A DNA stretch of 64,000 bases from Octopus vulgaris. Taxonomy: Eukaryota. Every line of letters starts with the position of its first letter. The stretch's first letter is position 1. Shown piece by piece: positions 30,006-41,137 of this stretch. Below the pieces are notes generated by a model. It saw only the letters and a program-made list of their open reading frames with translations, ran no database searches and was not told the origin of the DNA. Both the position numbers and the translations under genes were made by a program. The stretch covers positions 45,012,001 through 45,076,000 of the forward strand of contig OX597835.1 in the NCBI GenBank assembly GCA_951406725.2, written 5' to 3'.

Positions 30006-30976
30006 TAATCTTGTGTTAATTAGTGCAGTAAATATCAAGTGCAGTTGTCATATGTCACTATGTTTCAGGTTTAGCGTGGAAATCCTGATTGCACCTCGCT
30101 AATTCATGACTACCGAACTGCCGATAAATCAAGCGAGAGCGAAGTGAAGGTTATAGGTTAAAATAAATGCAGGTAGGCAAATTTAACGGAGAATTTGCAT
30201 GCAAAAAGATAGAAGCAGCGGCAAGAGAACCATAACACGTTCCACAAATTGGTAGTGTGCTGCCTGGATGTCAAAATTGATATATTCTATGTTCGCTGTT
30301 CCTAGCTGGAGTACAGGTGCGTGCGCACGTGTGTGTACGTGTCTGTGTGTGTGTTAATATTTTGTCTCTGGCAAATTGGGCTTTTGTGCATATGTAGTTA
30401 TAACCTGCTTTTAACATTGTTCTTGTATAACATTACTGCACATGCTTTTCATATAAATATTATTATCGTATGTGCATATCTGTGAGTATGTACATGAATG
30501 CATGAGCGTGAATTGATGCATGTATACATACACACATACATACATATACACATACATCTATCTCCCTATTTTTAAGAAGATTGGGCCAACAGGCTTTTGG
30601 GACCTGACGATACGCAATAAAGCTACACCTTTATGGACAGGAAAACTAAGGTAATTCCATAAACCGACCTATATATATATGTATATATAACTTACAAAAA
30701 TACAAAAATAAGGGCAAAAGAAAAATTTTAATGCCAAATATGCCGAAAAAAAGACAAAATTATCAATAACCATTATAATTTATGCGTCTCGAAACAAACC
30801 GATAGAAATTTCTAAAAAATTCCATTATAACCGTATTAACACCAAAATTGGGACCAATACGGTAATAACGGATTTTTGTAAATAATTTATAAATTTAACC
30901 TTTAAAGGTATTTTTTGATTTGCTGGCCATTGATAAAATTTTTTTGTCGAATAAAAATTTATCCTACATTAGTTAA

Positions 30977-31045
<69 letters not shown>

Positions 31046-31634
31046 CATATATATACATATATAAGTATATATATATGTGTGTGTGTATAGATATATAATA
31101 TAGAGAAAGAGAGTGAGAGAGAGAGAGATAGCAAGAGAGAAAATATGAAGGGTTTAGTTCACTGGTGATCTAAACGAATATGGACGCTGAGAAGATGCTA
31201 TTATTTCTCGTAAGTGACCGTTCGGGGTGAAAGGTCAGACGTCAAGGTTTTGGGTAAGGGGAGAAGGAGGAAGGCATTTCTGTGCATTAATTGAATAGAT
31301 AAATTCTAGGTTAGGTGTGGTCAAGTAGAATATTTAGCTCAGTGATCAATAGGGATAGCTAAATATAGATGCCTAGCTTAAGTGGGTGTATGTTGGATAA
31401 AACTATAATCATGCGTTTAATTATATACTGTGCACCATCATACTGTTTGGATTTACCTTCTGAGAGGTATAACTTCACTGAAGTACGGACCAACTTCAAT
31501 TCCCTCTGGAAAAAGATGAGCTGTGAACTTTATCCTCCTGTCTGTATTCTATCTAATCTTGCTCTTTATTCTTCTATTTTATTTCTTATAAATTGTCAAC
31601 TTCCCTGTCTAGAACTTTCATACATACTCAGCTC

Positions 31635-31710
31635 GTCTCTGATGATGGTATACTGAATGTAAGGACATGCTCGCCTATCACTTGGGATACCCCAGAAACA
31701 GCGGCAAGAC
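31635..31710 (+). ncRNA. Degenerate type I hammerhead motif in a probable Penelope pLTR
   Basis: GUCU-CUGAUGA-(long stem II)-GAAA-CAGCGGCA-AGAC; stem I GUCU/AGAC; stem III and cleavage triplet mutated relative to the ACAGCUGUA seen at 51806-51814. Confidence 0.45.
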
Positions 31711-31799
31711 TTGAGATTTCCTCTAATTAAATTATTCTATATTACTTGAGATACACGTCCCACTTTGGCTTGTGTTATCCTTTTCCACCTAATATAGTA

Positions 31800-32178
31800 T
31801 ATATACGTTTAAATATTTGTTGTGCAAGATTTTTTTATGTGAAGTTGTGTGTTGAAACAGGTATTGTTGTATTTAGGAATGGTCATTTTGCCAGTTTAGC
31901 CAATAAAAACACACGCACTATATATTTGGTGTTACTTTGCTTCAGTGTTATAGAAATACAAAATGGCTGACGGTTAGTAAGGAGAGACACAAATAAGAAA
32001 GAAGAAAACAAAGGACCACTGATGCGGTCACAGGAGTGTGACGAAAGAAATCTGGCCGAAATGAGATTAAGATTAATGTAAAAAATAAATAACACTGAAG
32101 CAAAGTAACACCAAATATATAGTGCGTGTGTTTTTATTGGCTAAACTGGCAAAATGACCATTCCTAAATACAACAATA
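31800..32178. mobile_element. Repeat family P2 with perfect 90-bp inverted arms (Penelope inverted-pLTR-like)
   Basis: 31862-31951 is the exact reverse complement of 32089-32178; the spacer has hammerhead-like CCA-CUGAUGC-G-GUCAC..GUGAC-GAAA-GAAAUC-UGG. Confidence 0.7.
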
Positions 32179-32221
<43 letters not shown>

Positions 32222-32225
<4 letters not shown>

Positions 32226-32630
32226 TTTGTGGTAAGTAGCTTGCTTACCAACCACATGGTTCTTGGTTCAGTCCCACTGCGTGGCACCTTGAGCAAGTGT
32301 CTTCTACTATATCTTGGAGCCGATCAAAGCCTTGTGAGTGGATTTGGTAGACGGAAACTGAAAGATGCCCATCGTATATATATATATGTGTATGTATGTA
32401 TGTGTGTGTATGTTTGCGTGTCTGTTTGTCCCCCCCCCCCAACATCGCTTGACAACCGATGCTGGCGTGTTTACGTCCCTGTAACATAGCAGTTCGGCAA
32501 AAAAAAACGATAGAATAAGTACTAGGCTTACAAAGAATAAGTCCTGAGGTCGATTTCCTCGACGAAAGGCGGTGGTCCAACATGGCCACAGTGAAATGGC
32601 TGAAACAAGCAGAAGAGAGTAAAAGAGAGT
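32222..32630 (+). mobile_element. SINE family B
   Basis: Matches 28470-28889. Confidence 0.9.
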
Positions 32631-32934
32631 AAATAAAGATAAGATCGTTATTTAAATACCGATCATATCAGGTGGCCAGCATGGGAATAGAAACCTTCAA
32701 AGGTAATAACTATTATTAAAATTATAATTTAGGGTATCTAAGAGATACTACAACGCTGAAAATAGCAGCCAAAGCTTGACTCTAAAGGCACATTAAATGT
32801 TCATACCGCACAAGAGAGAAGACAAAGAAACAAAATAAACTAGGAAAAAAAAATTCCAGATCCCGCATTTGTGGCTCTGCATAAGAAATGCTCTGCCTTC
32901 ATCAGTGGAATATACTCAGCACATACATAGACAC

Positions 32935-32992
<58 letters not shown>

Positions 32993-34237
32993 TTATTTAT
33001 ATATATATAATATATAAAACATACGAATAGTTACATATGCGAACTTTATATATATATATATATATCCAGTAACAGCGACAAACATAATGAAAAGATAGAG
33101 CTACATATACACATATATATATTATATTCATGCTAGTGTTACCCGTCATGTGCTGGGTAACTTTGAATACATATTCTGCCATCGTGATTAGTTGATAAAA
33201 GTTAAATCTCAACTATTGTATGTATCCTGTATTTTCTGACATAACGCAAAAAATGTGTTAATATTATTGTAACACAATTGTAGCGATATACTTGTATAAA
33301 GCGGTTTGTTATATATTTGAAAGTTAGTAAATACCCTTGTGATTAATATATAAAAATATTTCTGTTAACGAATAGCTTACTCGAAAATCATCTAAAGAAA
33401 AGTTTCATCTCAATACATAGATATTAATTCTTGTAGAAGGTTTTTTTCTTTACAGACAACTACACACGCGTATGGAAAACTACTGTTTCTCTACCTCCCC
33501 TACGAACTGCTTGTCAAGTTTACCATTTTACTAAAACTACTGTTATTTCCTCTGCCAATGTGTGTGTGTGTGTTTGATGGACACGAGTTTCCGTATTTGT
33601 GACGGTCTGCAACAAATATTTGGCATCAATGGACTATAGATGATATCATCTTTGCCCACCCTCCTCTGCCACTATTTGTCTATTTCCATGTTCCTATCTC
33701 GACTCTGACCTCTCGTGTTAACTCTCTGATTCTCTTTGTTATTTTCGCCCACTCTTTGTTTATACGATATAAAGCCTGGCTGCCGAAAGCTACCAACCAA
33801 CGAAGCAACGCACATACACACCAGCCAATTAAGAATTATATTTGCTATTATTGAGATCTGTGTTTTTGTGTATTTGTTTTTAGGCGCTCTATTGCAGAGT
33901 TTTTGAGAAGATCACTTCAGTATATTGACGTCCTGGTTTCGAATCGACTCTCAGGGATCTGTAGCATCAGTTGGCCAATACTTTGCGATTGAGACTAGCT
34001 ATAGGGAAGTTATGTACAAAAGTCCACCGTTTAGATTGCATTTGTAAATTGAAAGCTGTAAGCTTGTGAATATACACTCACTGTCTCAGTCAATGTTATT
34101 TTAAGATAGTACACAGCCTCTTAAACAACGACAGTTCAGTGTGCTATTTTGCTTCTTTGATAGGAAAGCAGAAAACACATTATTTTTCATCTTTCTTTCA
34201 TTCCGAATGAAGCTATATCTGCAGTATGCAAAACTTA

Positions 34238-35094
34238 CGAGGACTGATCAATAAGTATCCGGACTATTGCCATTGTAATGACACTAAACCACGTAAAGGG
34301 AAAATGCTTGATACAGATTGACCTTGATCTCTGCTATGCATGTGTACTAAGTTCTAACATTCTAGCTCGCTTCCGATGTTTACAGCAGTGCTTAGAAGGA
34401 AGGTACGTAGCGTGTGATCATCGCATTCACCATAACAGAGAAAGCTGTTATAGCGATACCTGTTAAGAGGTTTACGCAAATTTGCAGAAAGTCTATGGAG
34501 AGGAGTGTATAAGACATGCTCAATTGTACGAGTTGTTTAGACGTTTCCAAGGTGGCCGAAAAAATGTCGATATTGAAGAAAGTTCTGGGAGAAAAACATG
34601 GTAGATGTGCGTGCAGCTGTGAAGGGAAAACGTCGAATCACCATCCGTGAGTTATCAGAAGATGTGCAGATTAGCTACGGTTCAGTTCAGTCCATCATCA
34701 CTGAAGATTTGGGCATGAGACGCTTGTCTGCCAAGTTTGTGCCAATACTGATTTCAGCCGACCAAAAAGAGACGCGGGTGCTACTGGCACAAAATCTCCT
34801 TCACTGTGTTGAGAACAATGAAAAGTTTTAGAAAAATTTGCATAGGCTTCTGAGCAGGTATCGCCAAGCTTTTGGCAAATTTGATGCAGATTCTCTACTT
34901 AACGTTCTCTGCCACGGTGAATGTGACAAACACACGCTACACAAGTTATTTCCAAGCACTGCTGTAAACAGCGGAAAGGAGCTAGGGCGCTAAAACGTAA
35001 TGCGCATGAACAACAGAGTCCAATCTGCGCCAAGCGGCTTCACGCTGCATGCTTTAGGTTCGTTACAGTCCGGATTCTTATTGATCATACCACG
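34238..35094 (+). mobile_element. Internally deleted mariner (Tc1/mariner) element
   Basis: 28-bp TIRs CGAGGACTGATCAATAAGTATCCGGACT / AGTCCGGATTCTTATTGATCATACCACG; TA TSD; long imperfect subterminal inverted repeats. Confidence 0.92.
34455..34831 (+). pseudogene. Mariner transposase N-terminal (double HTH) remnant, frameshifted, lacking the DDD domain
   Basis: EVYANLQKVYGEECIRHAQLYELFRRFQGGRKNVD..SGR / RRITIRELSEDVQISYGSVQSIITEDLGMRRLSAKFVP; FVP corresponds to the WVPHEL linker of Mos1/Hsmar-type transposases. Confidence 0.88.
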
Positions 35095-35169
35095 TATAAT
35101 TGAAACTGCGACAAGTTGCTAGTATGTCGTTGTAGCAAATTTAATCTGCTAATTTATGGTCTCATACGT

Positions 35170-35298
35170 TCCTCTCCATACACCTTCTGAAACTTTGCGT
35201 AAGCCTCTTAACAGGTACCGCTATAACAGCTTTCGCTGTTATGGTGAATGCGATGATCACACGCTACGTACCTTCCTTCTAAGCACTGCTGTAAACAT
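35170..35298 (-). mobile_element. Second, inverted fragment of the same mariner
   Basis: Reverse complement of ~34377-34503. Confidence 0.85.
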
Positions 35299-35684
35299 AG
35301 CAAGTTGATATAGTATTTAGCAAATGGATGTAGTTTGCAGTAGATGTATAATTCGGAATTTGAAGGCGATTTTGAAATATTATATAGGTTAAAATGTTTT
35401 TAGTTGGGACCTAGGACTTTTAAAGCGGGTTTGCCAGTTTACCTGGTGGAATAACTGACACAACCTTTCAACTAAACATGAAACCCGTCCGTTACAGTTT
35501 TCCTGGCCAGGGAATATAGGGGCGAGGTACGGGTTAATTATATAGATCCCTGTACTTGTCCCCGAAAGGATAAATGACGTCGGGATTTCAAGATGCGAAC
35601 GTAAAGGGGCTGAAACAAATCCTGCTGGGCATTTTCTCCGACGTGCGACCTATCTGCTAGCTCGTCCCTGTGTTTTATATTAAA

Positions 35685-35984
35685 CTAGCAGTATCGCCCG
35701 GAGTTGCTCGGGTTTGTAAGGGAAATAACTATATAAGCATTTTTAGAGAGTTATAGCCAAAAAATAGCAAAAAAATGCATTAAAAATGGAAAAAGAATTA
35801 TGGTAAATTTTTTAAAAATCGTTGACTCATCGTAGACGCGCGCTAATACCCAGACGGGCTCGATATGAATCACGACTATAAGATATCCGAATTTGGTTAA
35901 ACTGCACCGCAAAATGTGGGAGTAGTTAGGAATCTAAATCGAAGGGGACAGACACTCACACAACTACAGTTTTATATATATAGA
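35685..35984 (-). mobile_element. Non-autonomous Helitron
   Basis: Minus strand starts TC(TATATATATAAAAC); ends with hairpin CCCGAGCAACTCCGGG then ..CTAG; inserted between A and T with no TSD. Confidence 0.85.
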
Positions 35985-36978
35985 TATTTACATTAAAATG
36001 TACGCATTGAATTGTTTGGGATGGAGTTCCTCGCTGAAACATCATGTTTATGCCATTGTTGCCACATTGTTTAAGGTTACAAATTTAATAATTTAGACGG
36101 CGAAGATTTGTAAAGTCACTTTGATGTTGTGGTTAGCATGGCTGTATGATTTGCAAGTAGACTCAGCGTTGAAATACAGTAGACGATTACAACACTTTCC
36201 ACTTCACTGTCACACACATTATGCGCGTGTGTTTGTATGCGTGTAGCCGTGTTAGACTGCGTCGACCTTCACCTTGTACAATAACAATCAACTACAAGTT
36301 TCGAGTACCCTTTCATTTTAATGTTAATTTGTATTTATAACATGAGATAAATACAGGCATCAATATACCCATGTGATATTCGAACGTGCAATGGAATAAT
36401 ACGAACCTGCCAACGGGGATCTCAATTCACACACTATATTATATATCTCTAATGTCGTTATTCCTTTGTATCTCTCTCTGCCTGGATGTGTGTGTGTGTA
36501 CGTGTACAGACAGCTAGATAGATACATAGACACACACACTCACACACATTCACACACATGTGCGTGTGTGTAGAGAAATAAAGAGAGAGAGAGGAGGAGG
36601 ACAGACAGACAAACAGAGGAAGAGAGAGAAAGATAGAATTAGAGACAAATTAGTGTGAATATTTATTTATATAACTGAGGGTAACGTTCCAGGTTATTTG
36701 CAAATTGTGTACGGAAGTATTTCTGTCGTATGTAGGAAAAAAAACCCGTAACAGGTGAAATGTTTCTGACAGACGAATATGTTATGATGAAACCTTGTTT
36801 GCAAAGATCAACGAGTTCAGAAACGTGGATTTAAACATATTTATCATGAAAAAATAATGCTTGTGCAAATTTGGAGTGTAAGATATCATATTTATTTCAA
36901 CTGCAAGCCAGCGTGTTTATTCCCAACGGTCCTTAATAATTTTATGGCTTCATTGGAATCGTACCAAATACTATAACT

Positions 36979-37397
36979 ACCTATTTCTTTACTACCCACA
37001 AGGGGCTAAACACAGAAAGGTCGAACAAGGACAGACAAACGGATTAAGTCGATTATATCGACCCCGGTGCGTAGCTGTACTTATTTAATCGACCCCGAAA
37101 TGATGAAAGGCAAAGTCGACCTCGGCGGAATTTGAACTCAGAACGTAACGCCAGACGAAATACCTACTTCTTTACTACCCACAAGGGGATAAACACAGAG
37201 GGGACAAACAAGGACAGACACATGGATTAAATTGATTACATCGACCCCAGTGCGTAACTGGTGCTTATTTAATCGACCCTGAAAGGATGAAAGGCAAAGT
37301 CGACCTCGGCGGAATTTGAACTCAGAACATAACGGCAGACGAAATACGGCTACGCATTTCGCCCGGCGTGCTAACCTTTCTGCCAGCTCGCCGCCTT
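36979..37397 (-). mobile_element. SINE family C head-to-tail dimer
   Basis: One head followed by two body+tail-1 units; whole dimer flanked by AAATACTATAAC (36966-36977 and 37400-37411). Confidence 0.9.
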
Positions 37398-38121
37398 CGA
37401 AATACTATAACCACCACTAATAACATGCAGCCACGAGGTGGAGGGTTAGGTGGAGCATATCTCAGTTTGACTCCTGACTTGCTAGAAATGTCTTTTTAAT
37501 CGTAGAACGATCACACTCTACTCTCTTTCACAACTAGCAAAAAAGAACCAAAAAATTTACAACAGTAAATTTAATCTCAAATACAATAGACTGAATGGCC
37601 ACGGCTGGGTGGTTTTGGATGTTAATGATGGCACGTGTTTGATTTTATGTCTTCACTACCATTCTCGATCAGGGGACTCAGTAAGGAAATAAAAGGTTGG
37701 ACGAATAAACGAGATGGAGTCTATGTGCAAGTTTGACATGCTGCAAGTAGCAGTTAAAACTTAGGTACACTTCGTTAGAAATGAAACGTCTTTGATTATA
37801 GATTTGTAAATAATTTGTCATAAAAGAACCTGCCTTGACGCGCACAGACACGAACACACTCATAAAACAAATACACACACACACACATATATGTTTAAGT
37901 ATATATATATAGCAATAATAATTCTCTAAACGAGGTATATACAGTAACTGCTCCATAACATAAGGGACGTTAGCCATCCGAATATGGCTAGGGACAGGGC
38001 AGGGCGGTGGGGGTGTTACTGATGCATTTAGCCCCAGGCGATCATCAACGTCACCAGGAGGGCTGACGCCATCACGGCGTCCTCTAGCCTGCAAAGGGAG
38101 ATCATTCCCCGAAGAAGCGGA

Positions 38122-38179
38122 TGCCACACACGGACCCAGGTTTCAAGGTGTTTGCCTCTCGTCAACGTATGGTAGGCAC
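38122..38179 (-). ncRNA. Type I hammerhead ribozyme motif, copy 1
   Basis: Reverse-complement copy of the motif at 38444-38500. Confidence 0.65.
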
Positions 38180-38443
38180 CGCCCCTCGACGAACGACTCT
38201 CTGCCCTCCTGGTGACGTTGATGATCGCCTGGGGCTAAATGCATCAGTAACACCCCCACCGCCCTGCCCTGTCCCTAGCCACATTCAGATGGCTAACGTC
38301 CCTTATGTTATGCAGCAGTTACTGTCTATACCTCGTTTAGAGAATTATTATTGCTGTCGAACAGATTTTCTACATCAGTAAATGTATTTACTGTGAAAAT
38401 CTTTATATATAGCCTGCACAGAGAGTCGTTCGTCGAGGGGCGG

Positions 38444-38500
38444 TGCCTGCCATACGTTGACGAGAGGCAAACACCTTGAAACCTGGGTCCGTGTGGGGCA
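38444..38500 (+). ncRNA. Type I hammerhead ribozyme motif, copy 2
   Basis: Stem I CCAUACG/CGUGUGG; core UUGACGA; stem II GAGG(CAAACA)CCUU; GAAA; short stem III ACC..GGU; GUC triplet; stem I extends (UGCC/GGCA) past a bulge. Confidence 0.7.
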
Positions 38501-38658
38501 TCCGCTTCTTCGGGGAATGATCTCCCTTTGCAGGCTAGAGGACGCCGTGATGGCGTCAGCCCTCCTGGTGACGTTGATGATCGCCTGGGGCTAAATGCAT
38601 CAGTAACACCCCCACCCCCTGCCCTGTCCCTAGCCATATTCGGATGGCTAACGTCCCT

Positions 38659-38691
<33 letters not shown>

Positions 38692-38699
<8 letters not shown>

Positions 38700-38993
38700 A
38701 TCACGTGACCGACCAGACCATCAGATGTTGTTACACACCGCTGGTCACAATGCGTTCGCATTGTTTTAGCCTTCGAATGACGCCACCCCGCTGGCTAAGC
38801 AGGCCAACAGAAGAAAGAGTGGGAGAAAGTGTGGTGAAAGAGTACAGCAGGGATCACCACCCCCTGCCGGAGCCTCGTGGAGCTTTTTAGGTGTTTTCGC
38901 TCAATAAACACTCACAACGCCCGGTCTGGGAATCGAAACCGCAATCCTACGACCGCGAGTCCGCTGCCCTAACCACTAGGCCATTACGCCTTC
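38692..38993 (-). mobile_element. SINE family A, tail type 2
   Basis: Family A head; tail ends ..GGTCGGTCACGTGATCACGTGA followed by (TA)n. Confidence 0.9.
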
Positions 38994-39001
38994 ACACACA
39001 G

Positions 39002-39037
<36 letters not shown>

Positions 39038-39094
39038 CAAAAGTCATGCACCAAAACAGTTGATATTTTATTCCTATTATGTTATTCTTATTTG

Positions 39095-39990
39095 ACAGAG
39101 CTGCAGCCATGGGTCAAACGTAGGCCAAGGTTGGGTGTTTGACAGCTAGAATGTTGCCTGGCACTCCCTGTATTGTACCAGCTGCCCAGAACCGTTAGCG
39201 GGAAAGCATCCCAAGATTTCTATAGGGGTCTAGTTGAATGTATGAGGGATGATCGCCTAGGATTGAATCTAGGCATCGATGAGAACAGTCTGAGTAGTTT
39301 CTTCCAGAGGAGCTTCGGGTCGAAGATCATAGACAATTTCTAAACGTTTTAGTCTTGGCAGTGCTACAGAGGGTTATTACCCGTTTGAAACAACCTCTTC
39401 AGTTATGGAAGTGCCAACAGCCGAACCTGCCCGAAATGCTTGCAGGGGGACGAAACGGTCCTGCATTCAATAAATCAGTGTCCGTGAATTAGAGAGTTAT
39501 GAGATTGTGTGCAGCTGCTGTTGTCGCGTGAAGACGAATGCGGCTGTCTGACGAGTGTATAGCGAAGATCGATGCACCACTTTTCATTAGCAGAGATGGA
39601 AGGCAGCTCTTAGCCTGATTGGTGGCTGTTGCAAAAGAGGCTATGTGGTGGACCTGCCCGAAAGGTTTGAAGACAGGTACAAGCCCTCATCAATTTCTTC
39701 AAATAACATTTGTAGAGGAAGGTGAAGGTAGAGAGGGAGGTGCTGCCTTCTAGTGTGTTTATCAAAAGATGGTCGACAGTGGCAAGACTGGTGCGACTGA
39801 ATGGATCTACTCTGAATATGCTTTTCTAAGAAGGAGGAAAGAAACTGCAAGAGGGCACAGGGATAACTCTGCCTTGGAGATTGCAGAGTTATCCCTGATT
39901 TTTGTGTGGGGATTACCCCTATTACCCTAAGTGGACTACTTCGCTATTGCGGATTCTATTTATCTATTTATTATTTCTTTCTCTACTTCC
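39095..39990 (+). mobile_element. Decayed Tx1/L1-like LINE, ORF2 C-terminus and 3' UTR (older subfamily)
   Basis: Zinc-finger region WQCYRGLLPV..RTCPKCLQGDETVLH; LVAVAKEAMWW..LINFFK*HL*RKVKVEREVL..KRW is homologous to 46662-46886; many stops and frameshifts. Confidence 0.8.
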
Positions 39991-40124
39991 TATTATATAA
40001 ACCTGTGGTACATCCTTTAATGTTGATTGATGTTAACCGCACATTATTTTGTAATTCGTTTTTCGTGTAATAACTCGTCCTTCAATATTGTCCTTCGTGT
40101 TTTGAGCTCCTGTGAACAATAAAA

Positions 40125-40126
<2 letters not shown>

Positions 40127-40160
<34 letters not shown>

Positions 40161-40287
40161 TTTTTTTTCTTCTTTCAAATTTGCTTCCATTTCTTGCCGA
40201 GTGTCTTCCCGACTCCTAGGGCAAAGAAACTCATAGTATACATTGGTAGGCCATTAAACCAAACTCAATAGTTCGTTCATTTTTTAA

Positions 40288-40357
<70 letters not shown>

Positions 40358-40412
40358 CTAGAAAGGATTATTACTATTATAATCATTATTATTAATAGTA
40401 GTAGTAGTAGTG
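40127..40412 (-). mobile_element. Probable R4/Dong-like LINE 3' end (40160-40285) inside a (TAA)n array
   Basis: Unique ~125 bp flanked on both sides by (TTA)n; minus-strand CCCTAGGAGTCGGGAAGACACTCG resembles Dong/R4 3' UTR motifs as recalled. Confidence 0.45.
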
Positions 40413-40901
40413 GTGGTGGTGGTGGTGGTAGTATTCATTCTGTTCATTATGTACAAGTGCGCATTGTCTTCATCATTTTGTTTTATTCAATTTTACAAAT
40501 AAAAATTAATCATATTTTTGAGAATTCCGGAGGGGCGTATTGTGCATACATTGTGCGTGACGTTTCGCCCACCCTTTGTGTTTGTCTGCATATGTATATA
40601 TGTATACTTGATATACACAGGAAGAAGAATTAAGAAAAAAAGCAAACGCTGATAATAAATTGATTAAAATATCGGGTGTTGATAGAGAAAGCGGGACACT
40701 GACTAACACATAAACGTTGGCAGAGGGAAAGCAACTTGCTAAGTGAGCGAGATGGAATATAGAAAGATAGATATCTCAGGTAGTATAAATATTCAGAAAA
40801 AGAAAAAGTTTCCCATAATCAGCTACGGTATAAAGGCCATCATCGTCTTCTAAAAACGGACTTCTGACGCAGCCAGAAGCCGCAAAACATGGCGGTTGTA
40901 T

Positions 40902-41137
40902 TAAGGTGGCGAGCTGGCAGAAGCGTTAGCAAGCCGGGCGAAATGCTTTGCGGTATTTCGTCTGTCGTTACGTTCTGAGTTCAAATTCCGTCAAGGTCGA
41001 CTTTGCCTTTCATCCTTTTGGGGTCGATAAATTAAGTACCAGTTACGCACTAGGGTCGATGTAATCGACTTAATACCTATGTCTGTCCTTGTTTGTCCCC
41101 TCTGTGTTTAGCCCCTTGTGGGTAATAAAGAAATAGG
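40902..41137 (+). mobile_element. SINE family C, monomer
   Basis: A and B boxes; TSD GGTTGTATTAA (40894-40904 and 41136-41146). Confidence 0.92.

Larger units (their letters stand above)
37911..38663. mobile_element. GC-rich ~290-bp hammerhead-containing element (retrozyme/Penelope pLTR-like) in nested inverted copies
   Basis: Unit 37911-38203; 38203-38355 is the reverse complement of 37911-38063; 38419-38663 is the reverse complement of ~37957-38203. Confidence 0.75.

Noticed and set aside
38119-38200. HDV-like ribozyme on the + strand
   Set aside because: Could not assemble the nested pseudoknot; the pairing is explained by the hammerhead on the opposite strand
37678-38890. Repeated ORFs containing PPGDVDDRLGLNASVTPPPP
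   Set aside because: They arise from inverted copies of a structured non-coding element and run into microsatellite or SINE sequence
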